This document shows positions 48,738 through 58,379 of a stretch of DNA of 64,000 nt, piece by piece. The stretch is from Polyangiales bacterium. Lineage in GTDB: Bacteria; Myxococcota_A; Polyangia; Polyangiales; Polyangiaceae. The stretch lies in NCBI GenBank assembly GCA_038230375.1, contig JBBRNJ010000027.1, positions 32,498 to 96,497 of the forward strand, in the 5' to 3' direction. Position 1 is the first letter of the stretch, and the number at the start of each line of letters is the position of its first letter. Position numbers and translations under genes: made by a program. The notes below the pieces were generated by a model. The model saw only the letters and a list, made by a program, of their open reading frames with translations. It made no database searches and was not told the DNA's origin.

Positions 48738-49777
48738 GACGTTGATTCCTCCAGGTTGACGGCAGTCCCGCTTGCAGCGGCCCGTTTGGCGGCCAGCGCC
48801 AGCGCCAGCACACGCGCGCCGCCGTGGACGGGAAGGGTGGTGTTCGCGCGGGAGGCAACGCACGACAGGAAGTGCCGCAGCTCGTCCGCGTACATATCGT
48901 TGACCTGCCAGCTCGTAGGGAGGGGATGGACCGTCCACGTCTTGTCCGTGGGGACGTACTGCCGCACCTCCGGCGCGCCGAACGACCAGACGAGCGTGCC
49001 GTCGTCACCGACGATCTTGCACCCGCGGTCGTAGTCGCGCTCGACGTAGTCCAGGTGCACGCTGGACATGGCCCCGCCCGTGTGGACGAGCGCGAGCATC
49101 GCCGTGTCCTCCACGTCCAGCTCCAGCGCGCTCACGTGACCCGCGGCGCACGTCACCCGCGTGGCAGGTCCAAGGTAGTGGCAGGCCAGATCGATCTCGT
49201 GGATGCAGTCCAGGATGACGCCGCCGCCAGCCCCGGCGTTCGCGCTGTAGCTCTTCCGGTAGTCTTGCCACGGACGCCACTCGGGCAGATAGGAGCTGCA
49301 GTGAATACGTGCATAGTGCACGCGTCCGACGGCGCCAGCTACCAGGAGCTCCTTCACGCGCGCAGGGCCCGGATGGAAGCGCATGTTGCAGCCAACAAGC
49401 GTGATGAGCTTTCGCTCGGCGACTTCGCGCAGCAGCTCGTCGATGCCGACGTTGTCGTGCGACAGCGGCTTCTCGACCATGAAGTCGATGCCTGCGCGCG
49501 CCAGAGCCAGCGCCGCCGGGACGTGCAGGTGCGAGGGCGATGCGATCACGCCGATCGTCGGCCGTGTGGCGAGCGCCTCGTCCAGGGAAGCCGCGACGCG
49601 GGCCGCTGGCAGCTCCTCCGCAATGACGGTACGACGTGCGGCGTCGGGCTCCACCACCACTACCTGCGCCAGCTTGGCTGCGAGCAGGTTCCGGGCGTGG
49701 CGGACCCCGATGGACCCACCACCGACCACGACGGCGCGGCTCGGTGAGGTGGCGGCGACGTTCGCCTGCGTGCTCAT
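48734..49777 (-). CDS. Gfo/Idh/MocA family NAD-dependent dehydrogenase
   Basis: GGGSIG, VEKP, GCNMRFHP, GGGVILDCIHEID. Confidence 0.9.
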   Translation of the reverse strand: MSTQANVAATSPSRAVVVGGGSIGVRHARNLLAAKLAQVVVVEPDAARRTVIAEELPAARVAASLDEALATRPTIGVIASPSHLHVPAALALARAGIDFMVEKPLSHDNVGIDELLREVAERKLITLVGCNMRFHPGPARVKELLVAGAVGRVHYARIHCSSYLPEWRPWQDYRKSYSANAGAGGGVILDCIHEIDLACHYLGPATRVTCAAGHVSALELDVEDTAMLALVHTGGAMSSVHLDYVERDYDRGCKIVGDDGTLVWSFGAPEVRQYVPTDKTWTVHPLPTSWQVNDMYADELRHFLSCVASRANTTLPVHGGARVLALALAAKRAAASGTAVNLEESTS

Positions 49778-49846
49778 GATCCCGCAAAACCTAGCAGCTC
49801 GAACCTGCGAATCAACACATCTCCATTGGTTGCGCGCGCGCGCGGA

Positions 49847-52225
49847 CTATTCGACGCGCGCCTTCGTGTCGGGCTCGGCGATGGGGTCGAACGAGCGCGT
49901 GAACCACCGGCGTTTGCCCGAGGCAGAGACCGGGACGTCCTTCTCGTAAGACACCTTCGTCTGGATGCTCTCGCCGAAGTACTCCGTCATCTTCTCCTTG
50001 AAGATCTCCACGCTCCTCGGATCGAACGGGTCGTCCTTGACCACATGGAGCACGAAGTCATCCTTGCCGGTCTGCTCGACCAGGAACTGCCGGATGCCCC
50101 GGATGCCGTTCCGCGTGAGGTGCTTCGCGATGTGATCCACCACGTAGCTGGAGACCAGTGTCCGCGACGAGGTCGTCACGCGGTCAGCGGTCTTGCCGAC
50201 CAGGAGGTTCATCCGCGGCAGGGTGATCCCGCACGCGCATGGCTCCGAGAGCAGCGTTCCATAGTCGCCAAGCCGATAGCGGATGAGTGGCATTGCCCAG
50301 TTGTTCAGCGTGGTGACGACGATGTCGCCGGGCTCGTCCGCTGCTGCGTGCGTTTCGTCGGTTCGCAGGATCTCCACCAGCACGTGGTCCTTCGACACGT
50401 GGAGGCTGCCCGAGGGACATGCGCAGGCGATGCTTCCCGCCTCGCTGGACCCATACAGCGGGACGACCGGCGCACCGAACATGCGCTCCGCCACCTTGCG
50501 CTCGGTCTCGTACATATGGTCGCCCGTGTACTCGACGAGCATCGGCCGCTGGTCCTCTCGCAGCCTGAGGCCGGCACGCTCCATGTGGAGCGCGAGCGCA
50601 CCGATGCTCGACCCATAGCCGTAGACCAGGGTGGGGGCGAAGCGCGTGAGCGACCGCGCGATCTCGGCAAGGTACGTCTCGTCGAGCTCCTCGAACGTGT
50701 TGAACGACAACGTGTTCCGGAGCCGAAATTTCAGCCAGGCGCGCGCCTGCGCCGTGCGCCCGCCCACCAGCGGCCGGCCCCAGAGCACCGCGACACGGTC
50801 CGCGCGCCTTACGCCCCACCACCGATGTCCACGATCGCGGCAGGCCTCGATCCAGCCCTGATCCGCGGCGCTGTACGTGAAGCGAAGGGGGATGCCGGTA
50901 GAGCCCGAGGTGACGGCGGTGGCGGTCTTGCCGGCGTAGTCGCGGCAACGCATCTCGTCCGCGAACTTCGCGATGTCCGCCTTCTCCAGCAACGGGATGC
51001 GGAGCAGGTCTGCGCGCGTGCGAACGCTGTCTGGAGAAACACCGGCCTCGTGCAGCCGGCGCGCGTAGAACGGCGATGACGCGGCGGCGTGGGCCAGCAG
51101 GGCGCGGAGCTTCTCCATCTCGATCTGCGCGAGCTCGTCCGGGGAGCGCCGCTGATTGGCCAGCGCTTCACGCGACGCCTCCGCGAAGTGCATGCCCTTC
51201 CGTCCCTCGACGGCCGGCAGATAGACGCGATCACAGATCGCCCGGTACGGGTCGCGCCGTACTGCGCCGGTGCGCCGCGTCGCGGGTGTGGACGTGGGGC
51301 GCGCCGAGTCGTCCCCGGCAGGTTTCGGGACGCCGTCAGCCGACGTCTCGTGGATGCCAAGCTCCGCGGACGACCGCCGCACGATGCGATCATCCTTCGC
51401 GCTGGCCTCACGTGTGATGACGCTGAAGCCCTCCGCGGCGCCGACGACGAGCACGCCGCCCGGCGCCAGGTTCCTGGTGAGGTTCTGGATGCCGCGCTCG
51501 ATCGTGGCGTCGTCGAAGTAGCGGCTGACCAGGAGGTGCATGCAGATGACGAGATCGTATTCGCCCTCGATCGGCTCGAACACGTTGGCGCGCTGCAGTC
51601 GGAATGGCGAGCGTTCGCTCAGGTCCACGTCCGCGTGCACGAGCGGGATGCGGACCATGTGCGGGCTGTCCTCCCAGCGAAGGCGCTTCGAGAGCAGCCA
51701 TGGGCGAAGCTGCTTCGGTGCGTTGAGCACGCGCTGGTAGGGGCGCGCGTACGAGAAGTGGATCCCGACGAAGTGGGTCCCGAAGTCCACCTGGACCAGG
51801 TTCTTGTCCTCGTCGAACACCAGCCCGCGCTGGGGATCGTAGAGGATGTGCGTGTGCAGATCGCGCAGATCGTAGCGGTCCACGACCGCGCCGCGCTCCT
51901 CCAGGAGAGCGCGGGTGGCGAGCGCGTCGAGCCCGGCGGATGCGCCGACCTCCAGCACGCGAAGCCGAGTGCCCGGCTGTCCGATGATGCCGCGGTCCGA
52001 GAGCGCGCGCAGTGGCCCCGTGTTGCGCGCGCGGCCGGTGGTCTTGCGCACGCCGTTCGGGAAGATCAGCGCGTTGTAGATGCGGAGGAAGTCGAGCTCG
52101 CTGAGGTCGGTGCGGACCAGATGACCGGCGAACCGCTCCGGATCCAGGGCCGTGCCGCCGCAGTTGCTGAGCGCGATGATCGCTGCGTCGGGGACGATCC
52201 GCTTCACGGAGGCGAGCGAAAACAT
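49847..52225 (-). CDS. Methyltransferase-like domain fused to CapK/phenylacetate-CoA ligase-like adenylation domain
   Basis: VLEVGASAG and NLAPGG in the N-half; TSGSTG, YGSSEAG, MPLIRYRLGD, SGKRR in the C-half. Confidence 0.8.
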   Translation of the reverse strand: MFSLASVKRIVPDAAIIALSNCGGTALDPERFAGHLVRTDLSELDFLRIYNALIFPNGVRKTTGRARNTGPLRALSDRGIIGQPGTRLRVLEVGASAGLDALATRALLEERGAVVDRYDLRDLHTHILYDPQRGLVFDEDKNLVQVDFGTHFVGIHFSYARPYQRVLNAPKQLRPWLLSKRLRWEDSPHMVRIPLVHADVDLSERSPFRLQRANVFEPIEGEYDLVICMHLLVSRYFDDATIERGIQNLTRNLAPGGVLVVGAAEGFSVITREASAKDDRIVRRSSAELGIHETSADGVPKPAGDDSARPTSTPATRRTGAVRRDPYRAICDRVYLPAVEGRKGMHFAEASREALANQRRSPDELAQIEMEKLRALLAHAAASSPFYARRLHEAGVSPDSVRTRADLLRIPLLEKADIAKFADEMRCRDYAGKTATAVTSGSTGIPLRFTYSAADQGWIEACRDRGHRWWGVRRADRVAVLWGRPLVGGRTAQARAWLKFRLRNTLSFNTFEELDETYLAEIARSLTRFAPTLVYGYGSSIGALALHMERAGLRLREDQRPMLVEYTGDHMYETERKVAERMFGAPVVPLYGSSEAGSIACACPSGSLHVSKDHVLVEILRTDETHAAADEPGDIVVTTLNNWAMPLIRYRLGDYGTLLSEPCACGITLPRMNLLVGKTADRVTTSSRTLVSSYVVDHIAKHLTRNGIRGIRQFLVEQTGKDDFVLHVVKDDPFDPRSVEIFKEKMTEYFGESIQTKVSYEKDVPVSASGKRRWFTRSFDPIAEPDTKARVE

Positions 52226-52395
52226 GGAAGGGCGGCTGATGTTACACGCCGCCGCGACCGCCGCAAGCCGCGCGCCCGGCCAATACATGGTGAATGCGCG
52301 GTTTCGGGCGAGCAACGAACCGGTAGCCCGCCGCTGGTCCGTTAGCTCCCTTGGACTCGACGGCGGTCCGATAGTAGAAGGTCACCAAAGGCCCC

Positions 52396-53552
52396 ATGAT
52401 CAAGCTTCGCTCCTGCTCCCGTTGCATGACCCCGAGACCCACGAGACCGTCACGTTCGACGACGAAGGCGTGTGCAACGTCTGCCGCCAGCAAGAGCACA
52501 AGAAGGCAGCGATCGACTGGGACAAGCGCAAGGAGGACCTCGGGACCCTCATCGCCGACTACCGCGGGAAGTACTCGCACGACTGCATCATCCCGTTCAG
52601 CGGCGGCAAGGACAGCACCTTCACGCTCTACAACCTGGTCACCGAGTGGAAGGTCAAGCCGCTCGTCGTGCAGTTCGACCACGGGTTCATGCGGCCGAAC
52701 CTCCTCGAGAACAACGCGCGCACGTTCAAGAAGCTTGGCGTCGACGTCATCTCGTTCCGGCCGAACTGGCACGTGGTGCGGCAGGTGATGCTCGAGAGCC
52801 TGAAGCGCAAGGGCGACTTCTGCTGGCACTGCCACTCTGGCATCTTCGCGTACCCCATGCAGATCGCCGTGAAGTTCGATATCCCGCTTCTCTTCTGGGG
52901 TGAGCCCAGCTCCGAGTACACGAGCTACTACGGCTACGACGAGGACGAGGAAGTGGACGAGCGCCGCTTCAACCGCTTCGTCAATCTCGGTATCACGGCC
53001 GACGACATGCAGGGCATGGTCCCCGGGCTCACCGCGCGTGACCTCAATCCGTTCCGCTATCCCGCGCTGAAGGACCTTCGCCGCCTGCGCGTGCGTTCGG
53101 TCTGCCTGGGCAGCTACATCCCCTGGGACACCAAGTCGCAGTCAGAGCTGATCACGAAGGAGCTCGGGTGGAACGGCGACGAGGTCGAAGGCGTGCCGGG
53201 CGACTACTCGTATGAGAAGATCGAGTGCTTCATGCAGGGGGTACGTGACTATCTCAAGTTCCTGAAGCGGGGATACGGACGTACGGCGCACCTGGCCAGC
53301 ATCGATATCCGCAACGGCCGCATGACGCGCAAGCGCGGCCTGGAGCTGGTGGACGAGTATGACGGCAAGCGCCCCGCCAGCCTGGATCTCTTCTTGAAGT
53401 ACGTCGGCATCACGGAAGAGGAGTTCCACGGGATCGCGGCGGGCCATGCGGTTGCGCCGTGGAAGCCCGAGCCCAGCGCCATTCCGCGCGGCAAGCCGCT
53501 CCACGACATGGACCGGGCTGACCGCACGTTCGACATCGTCTCGAAGACGTGA
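52396..53552 (+). CDS. N-acetyl sugar amidotransferase (WbuX/PseA/WbpG family), split by a 1-nt frameshift at ~52430-52433
   Basis: MIKLRSCSRCMTP joins ETHETVTFDDEGVCNVC in another frame; PP-loop SGGKDS; IRNGRMTR. Confidence 0.88.
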
Positions 53553-54163
53553 TCGCAGTCATCGACTACGGGATGGGTAACCTCCACTCGGTGCGGAGCG
53601 CGCTGGTGATGGTGGGTGCTGACGACGTGGTACTCACGCGCGATCCAGCGGTCCTGCGCGCGTCCGAGCGCATCGTGCTCCCCGGCGTTGGCGCGTTCGG
53701 CGAGTGCGCGAAGAACCTTCGAGCCTCCGGCATCGTTGAGGCCCTCGAGGAGGAGGTGATGACGAAGAAGAAGCCCATGCTCGGCATCTGCGTCGGCATG
53801 CAGGTGCTCGCGACGGAAGGGCACGAGATGGGCGTCCACGCGGGGCTTGGATGGATTCCTGGCGCGGTGGACCCGCTGCCCGTGAAGGATCTACCGGTGC
53901 CGCACGTGGGCTGGAACGAGGTGATCCACGACGGCACCCACCCGATGCTGAAGGGCATCAAGTCCGGGGCAACACTGTACTTCGTACATTCGTATGCGTT
54001 CGTGCCAGAGGATCCGTCGGTGGTCGCGGCGACGTGTGACTACGGCGGCGCCTTCACCGCGGCGATCGCGAGGGACAACATCTTCGCCACGCAGTTCCAT
54101 CCGGAGAAGAGCCAGCAGGACGGGCTTCGGTTGCTGGAGACGTTCCTGTCGTGGAACCCGTGA
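53549..54163 (+). CDS. hisH: HisH-like glutamine amidotransferase (glycan-locus paralog, WbuY-like)
   Basis: DYGMGN, LPGVG, GICVGMQ, YFVHSY, QFHPEKS. Confidence 0.93.
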   Translation: MIAVIDYGMGNLHSVRSALVMVGADDVVLTRDPAVLRASERIVLPGVGAFGECAKNLRASGIVEALEEEVMTKKKPMLGICVGMQVLATEGHEMGVHAGLGWIPGAVDPLPVKDLPVPHVGWNEVIHDGTHPMLKGIKSGATLYFVHSYAFVPEDPSVVAATCDYGGAFTAAIARDNIFATQFHPEKSQQDGLRLLETFLSWNP

Positions 54164-54164
54164 G

Positions 54165-54944
54165 ATGCTGAAGACGCGCATCATCCCGAAGCTGCTCCTC
54201 AAGAACGGCCGCTGCGTGAAGGGCGTGAAGTTCAAGGCGCTGCGTGACACGGGTCACCCCGTGACCGCGGCGCGCATCTACGACGCGCAGGGCGCGGACG
54301 AGCTCATGTTCCTGGACATCGACGCGAGCGCGGAGAACCGCAGCATCATCTACGACGTGATCGCGCGCACCGCGGAGGAGGTCTTCATGCCCTTCTGCGT
54401 GGGCGGCGGCGTGCGCTCCGTGGAGGACGTGCGCGGGCTGCTGCGTGCGGGGGCAGACAAGGTGTCCGTCAACACCGCAGCAGTAGAGAATCCAAAGCTG
54501 ATCGAGGACGGCGCCTCCATCTTTGGTGTGCAGTGCATGCTGGTCTCAATCGACTACAGGCGGCACGACGACGGGAGGCTAGAGGTCTTCACCCACGGCG
54601 GAGAGGTGGCCACGGGGAAGGACCCAAAGGCGCACGCGCTCCAGATGGTCGAGCGTGGGGCAGGGGAGCTCCTCCTCACCTCGATTGACCGCGACGGCAC
54701 GATGGAGGGGTACGATCTGGACCTGCTCCACGACGTGGCCTCGCGCGTGCGCGTCCCGGTCATCGCATCAGGCGGCGCCGGGACTCTGCAGCACCTGGTC
54801 GACGCAGTGAAGCAAGGCGGCGCGTCCGCGGTGGCGATCGGAAGCCTCTTTCACTTCACGGACCAGAGCCCCATCAAGGCGCGAAGCTTCATGAGCGTAG
54901 CGGGCGTCGACGTGCGAACCGCAGAGAAGCGCAGCGCCCGCTGA
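54165..54944 (+). CDS. hisF: HisF-like cyclase subunit (glycan-locus paralog, WbuZ-like)
   Basis: RIIPKLL, ADELMFLDI, GADKV, TSIDRDGT, IASGGAG. Confidence 0.93.
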   Translation: MLKTRIIPKLLLKNGRCVKGVKFKALRDTGHPVTAARIYDAQGADELMFLDIDASAENRSIIYDVIARTAEEVFMPFCVGGGVRSVEDVRGLLRAGADKVSVNTAAVENPKLIEDGASIFGVQCMLVSIDYRRHDDGRLEVFTHGGEVATGKDPKAHALQMVERGAGELLLTSIDRDGTMEGYDLDLLHDVASRVRVPVIASGGAGTLQHLVDAVKQGGASAVAIGSLFHFTDQSPIKARSFMSVAGVDVRTAEKRSAR

Positions 54945-54947
54945 GCC
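54877..54947 (+). repeat. Direct repeat copy 1 (3' end of hisF)
   Basis: 66/71 nt identical to 62926-62996 by manual alignment. Confidence 0.95.
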
Positions 54948-54972
54948 CGTGTCGCACGCGGCTTGTTGCGGT

Positions 54973-55881
54973 TCACGGGTCCGTCAGGAGCACGTTGTCG
55001 AAGTAGGCTGAAATCGCCGTGGCGCGTTGCGTTCCCAGGAGACCCATCAGCAGGTCCACTTGCATACCGGGCGTGACGGCATACGGATCTGCCGCGCTCA
55101 GCTGGAGGACGCCGTTCACGAAGACCTGAACGGTCGGCGCCGTGACCGCGAGCGTGATGTGGTTCCAGTTTGTCCTGGTCGGGAACGGAACGCTGGCGAG
55201 AATCTGAGTGCCGTAAACGAGCGTGAGCGAGCCTGTTGCGCTGATCTGGAGGTAGAGTAGCGGTTGCGGATGCGCTGGCGGCGGTATCGGGATGATCGAC
55301 AGCTGCGCAATCGTGTAACTGGTTGGGGCGCCACCGGTTGGAAAAGCGGTTATCTGGAAATCGAAGTCCAGAGTCAAGTCGGCATTGGTGGTAGTCATCG
55401 CGCCGAAGTCGTGATAGGGTTGGCCAGGCGGTGCGCCAAGGCCGGGGACTGTCACCATCCAGGAATCCGGTGCGCTCACCGACGCGGTGGCTGTGCAGAT
55501 GATTCCGGCAATGCAGCCGTGGTCGAAGTCGTTGCACACGAGCGCGTTGTGCGGGAGCGGATTGCACAGGGTCGGAGGCCCGGAGTCCACGCCCACGTCC
55601 GCGCCTGTATCGGCGGATGAAGAGTCGGCGCCCGCGTCAGTCGCGCTGTCGGCGCCCGCGTCACACCGAAGGGGGTGTCTCCGGCAAAACCCACGATGCC
55701 GATGCTCGAGAGCCGCCGCGCTGTCATCGCCGTCGTCATCCTTCGATTGGATGTTGTCGGAAGCCGTCGTCGCCGCAACCACGTCAGTGCCTGCCGGAGG
55801 CGACTCGGCGACCCCACCACACGCGCCAGCAACCCCGGCGGTTGCCACAACCATCCCAAGAAACACGATCGACTTCTGCAT
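54973..55881 (-). CDS. Lipoprotein with DAG-rich linker and C-terminal beta-sandwich (lectin/LamG-like)
   Basis: Signal ending AGA-C; CNDFD...WNHITL...YFDNVLL. Confidence 0.7.
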   Translation of the reverse strand: MQKSIVFLGMVVATAGVAGACGGVAESPPAGTDVVAATTASDNIQSKDDDGDDSAAALEHRHRGFCRRHPLRCDAGADSATDAGADSSSADTGADVGVDSGPPTLCNPLPHNALVCNDFDHGCIAGIICTATASVSAPDSWMVTVPGLGAPPGQPYHDFGAMTTTNADLTLDFDFQITAFPTGGAPTSYTIAQLSIIPIPPPAHPQPLLYLQISATGSLTLVYGTQILASVPFPTRTNWNHITLAVTAPTVQVFVNGVLQLSAADPYAVTPGMQVDLLMGLLGTQRATAISAYFDNVLLTDP

Positions 55882-55888
55882 ATGGAAC

Positions 55889-56447
55889 TCACCCTTTCGA
55901 CGAGCGATGCACTTCATTGCACGGGTCCTGAGCCGCCACACTGCCACACTGGACCTCCGTAAAGCTGCACCTCGCGGCCTTGCGTCCGACCAATCCACGC
56001 AACGTGCCCACGTTCCCGGCGACGACCAGCGTGAGCGAGCCGCTCGCAGCATTCCCGGAATTTGTGTACCTGCCTGATGTCGCGGTGCCGCCCCCCGGGA
56101 GCGATGTGCACATCGCAGCACCGGATGCGCATGAGCCCTGGATGACGCGCCAGAGGGAGGGGGATGTGATGCCCGCCTCGGTGGGAAGGCTCGGTACTCG
56201 CGTCAACCTCGTGGAACGTGTCTGCGTCATCGTCCGAGCGTGCATCCGCGCTTGCGTCGGTCACCGGCTCGATGCCTGATGCGGCGTCCGGTTGCGCGCA
56301 TGTGGTTGACGTTGCGGCCCCATCCGGGATGGCGCCGGGAAGGATGTCTTCGCCGCCGTCAGGCGCGGATTCCGCCCTGATCAGCCCGCCGCTGCAACCG
56401 ATGACGCCACAGCACACAAGCACCACCGCAAGCGCTCGAACCCCCAG
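55889..56447 (-). pseudogene. Possible small frameshifted lipoprotein
   Basis: VRALAVVLVCCGVIG-C signal; VDASTEPS appears to continue as TEAGITSP in ORF 55889..56245 if one base is removed near 56183-56185. Start uncertain. Confidence 0.35.
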
Positions 56448-58379
56448 CGGGTAGTTTCTGCTCGCGCAAGCGGAGCGCTCGCGTCGCCGGCGTAGGATGA
56501 GCGGCACGAGGAGCAGCCACGGCGATGCGGAGCCCGGGTCGTTTGAACCGCTCACAGTGCAGCCACCGCTGGACACCGCGGGTTGGATGGCACTCGAGTC
56601 CGAAATGGCGACGCCGTTTTCGCTCGTGCCGGTTGTGCTTCCGTCGGCGTCTGGGCCCGAACCGCCGCCATGCGCCGCTGCGGCGTCCGATCCGGCGCTG
56701 TCGGCGACGCCTGCGTCCGTGCCGGCGTCACCGTCGAGCATTGCGCCTGACGTGACCAAGAACACGTTCGATCCGAAGATCTCGTACCAATCAGTGCCGA
56801 CCCATTGCATGACCCCCTTCCATCCCCCGATCGGAGCCGCCTTGGTTGGAAAGGCGGCACCCGCCGAGCCGAGGTACCGGATGGAGGACGGAACGCCGTT
56901 GACCAGCGGGCCGGGAGCGTCGTAGACGAGCTGGCCGTCCGGGTTCAGTGCGGCGAGGGAGGTGACGTTGTTCAGGGCACTCGCAAGCGCCACGGTTCCG
57001 TCGGGCGCGCGCGTCCAGGCGGTCACATGGCCGGAGACGACCTTGGTGAACGCGACCCATTGCCCGGCGGCGAGCATCGGCTGGGATGTGTCTGCGGTCG
57101 TCCCGAGGTTGGCGATGTCGCTGCCCTTGAACCCGGCCGGATGAAGGGTGCAGAGCTCTACGCTCGGATGCGTGGGGATTGTCGACACGCCGATGCTGTG
57201 GTCTCCATCGAACGAGTAGTCGCAGCCGTCGCCCACGAGGGTGTCCGTTCCGTCGATGCCGACTGCGTGCACCTCGTGCGCGACCGGAAGCATCAGAAAT
57301 GCGAACGAATAAACAGCGGTACCGTCGGCGCGGATGCCAACGCCTTGAGGCCATCGGGTGCTGGATCCGGAGCCGCCCGTGGCAGCAATTTGAGTGACGG
57401 CTCCCGTGGTCAAGTCCTCTCGCCAGATCTGGGTCACGTTTGCGGGCAACGAGCTGTACAAGAGCGCGAAATCCCCGCGTGCTTGCCCGAGTCGCAGGTT
57501 TGTGCGGGTGCGCGAGACACCGGCGATCCAATCCCCGTCGGACCAGGCCGCGCCCGTCGTCGACAGGTGACCGTTCGTGGCGGGATTTCCGCCCAGATCG
57601 GTGATCGTGCCTGTGGCGCGCGCCTTGATGTGCACGCCGGTCGCGTCCGAATAGAGAATGCGCGTGGCGTCGATGTCGAGCACAGGGCCGGCAAGCTGAT
57701 CGACAAGGACGACACGAGCGTCGGAGCCCACGTATGCGGTGACTGCGGCGTGCGTTTGCAGGCCGGCGGTGTTCGTCGCGGTGAACGTCAACGTGGCGAG
57801 CGCACTCTCCGTTCCAGGGAAGGACACCGTCTGATCCAGCGTGGGTCCGGCGACCGTCGCGACGTTCGTTGAATTGCATGCGGCACACGTGACAGCGATG
57901 GACGCGCACGTGAACGGGCCGGTCGGAGCGCAATGCGCAAGAAGTCGCAAGGACGGCAGGGCCATGGTGGCATCCGGAGTGCCGATGGTGAGCACAGGGA
58001 GCTCTTCATGATCGATGGTCCCGCTGAACGTGGCCGTTTCGCCATTCGCGTCCGTAGCAGAGATGGTGAATGCGTTCATGCCGATGGGCACTGCGGATAT
58101 GTCCAGGTTCGTGGCGAACGGATTGTTGATCCCCAGTGTGTGGGAAGTGCTGCCGACGGTGACCGAGACCGAGGTGATGACGAACGGCGAGCTAACGTTC
58201 GCGCTGACCTTCATCGGGCTCTGCACGACAGTCTGGTTCGCCGGCATTGCGTTCGAGATGGTGGGCATGGCGCCGACGCTTCTCGCCGCCGTCATGAGCA
58301 CGATGCCGCAGAGGGCACCGACAAGGACTCTCCCCACGGGAGCTCTTCCACCCACACCTTCACGTGCTCGATGGTTCAT
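55914..58379 (-). CDS. Secreted beta-rich protein (Ig-like + propeller-like) with internal MYXO-CTERM motif
   Basis: Signal peptide; SSGGCTV...PWLLLVPLILRRRR at ~56570-56480, but the frame reads on to 55914. Confidence 0.7.
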   Translation of the reverse strand: MNHRAREGVGGRAPVGRVLVGALCGIVLMTAARSVGAMPTISNAMPANQTVVQSPMKVSANVSSPFVITSVSVTVGSTSHTLGINNPFATNLDISAVPIGMNAFTISATDANGETATFSGTIDHEELPVLTIGTPDATMALPSLRLLAHCAPTGPFTCASIAVTCAACNSTNVATVAGPTLDQTVSFPGTESALATLTFTATNTAGLQTHAAVTAYVGSDARVVLVDQLAGPVLDIDATRILYSDATGVHIKARATGTITDLGGNPATNGHLSTTGAAWSDGDWIAGVSRTRTNLRLGQARGDFALLYSSLPANVTQIWREDLTTGAVTQIAATGGSGSSTRWPQGVGIRADGTAVYSFAFLMLPVAHEVHAVGIDGTDTLVGDGCDYSFDGDHSIGVSTIPTHPSVELCTLHPAGFKGSDIANLGTTADTSQPMLAAGQWVAFTKVVSGHVTAWTRAPDGTVALASALNNVTSLAALNPDGQLVYDAPGPLVNGVPSSIRYLGSAGAAFPTKAAPIGGWKGVMQWVGTDWYEIFGSNVFLVTSGAMLDGDAGTDAGVADSAGSDAAAAHGGGSGPDADGSTTGTSENGVAISDSSAIQPAVSSGGCTVSGSNDPGSASPWLLLVPLILRRRRERSACASRNYPLGVRALAVVLVCCGVIGCSGGLIRAESAPDGGEDILPGAIPDGAATSTTCAQPDAASGIEPVTDASADARSDDDADTFHEVDASTEPSHRGGHHIPLPLARHPGLMRIRCCDVHIAPGGRHRDIRQVHKFRECCERLAHAGRRRERGHVAWIGRTQGREVQLYGGPVWQCGGSGPVQ

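Noticed and set aside
52426..52436. Programmed frameshifting or phase variation at the split genes
   Set aside because: Runs are only 3-4 nt with no obvious stimulatory element; several unrelated genes show the same single-base homopolymer defect, which fits assembly error.
53549..54944. hisH/hisF as a histidine biosynthesis operon
   Set aside because: No other his genes nearby; coupled to a WbuX-type amidotransferase in a glycan locus.
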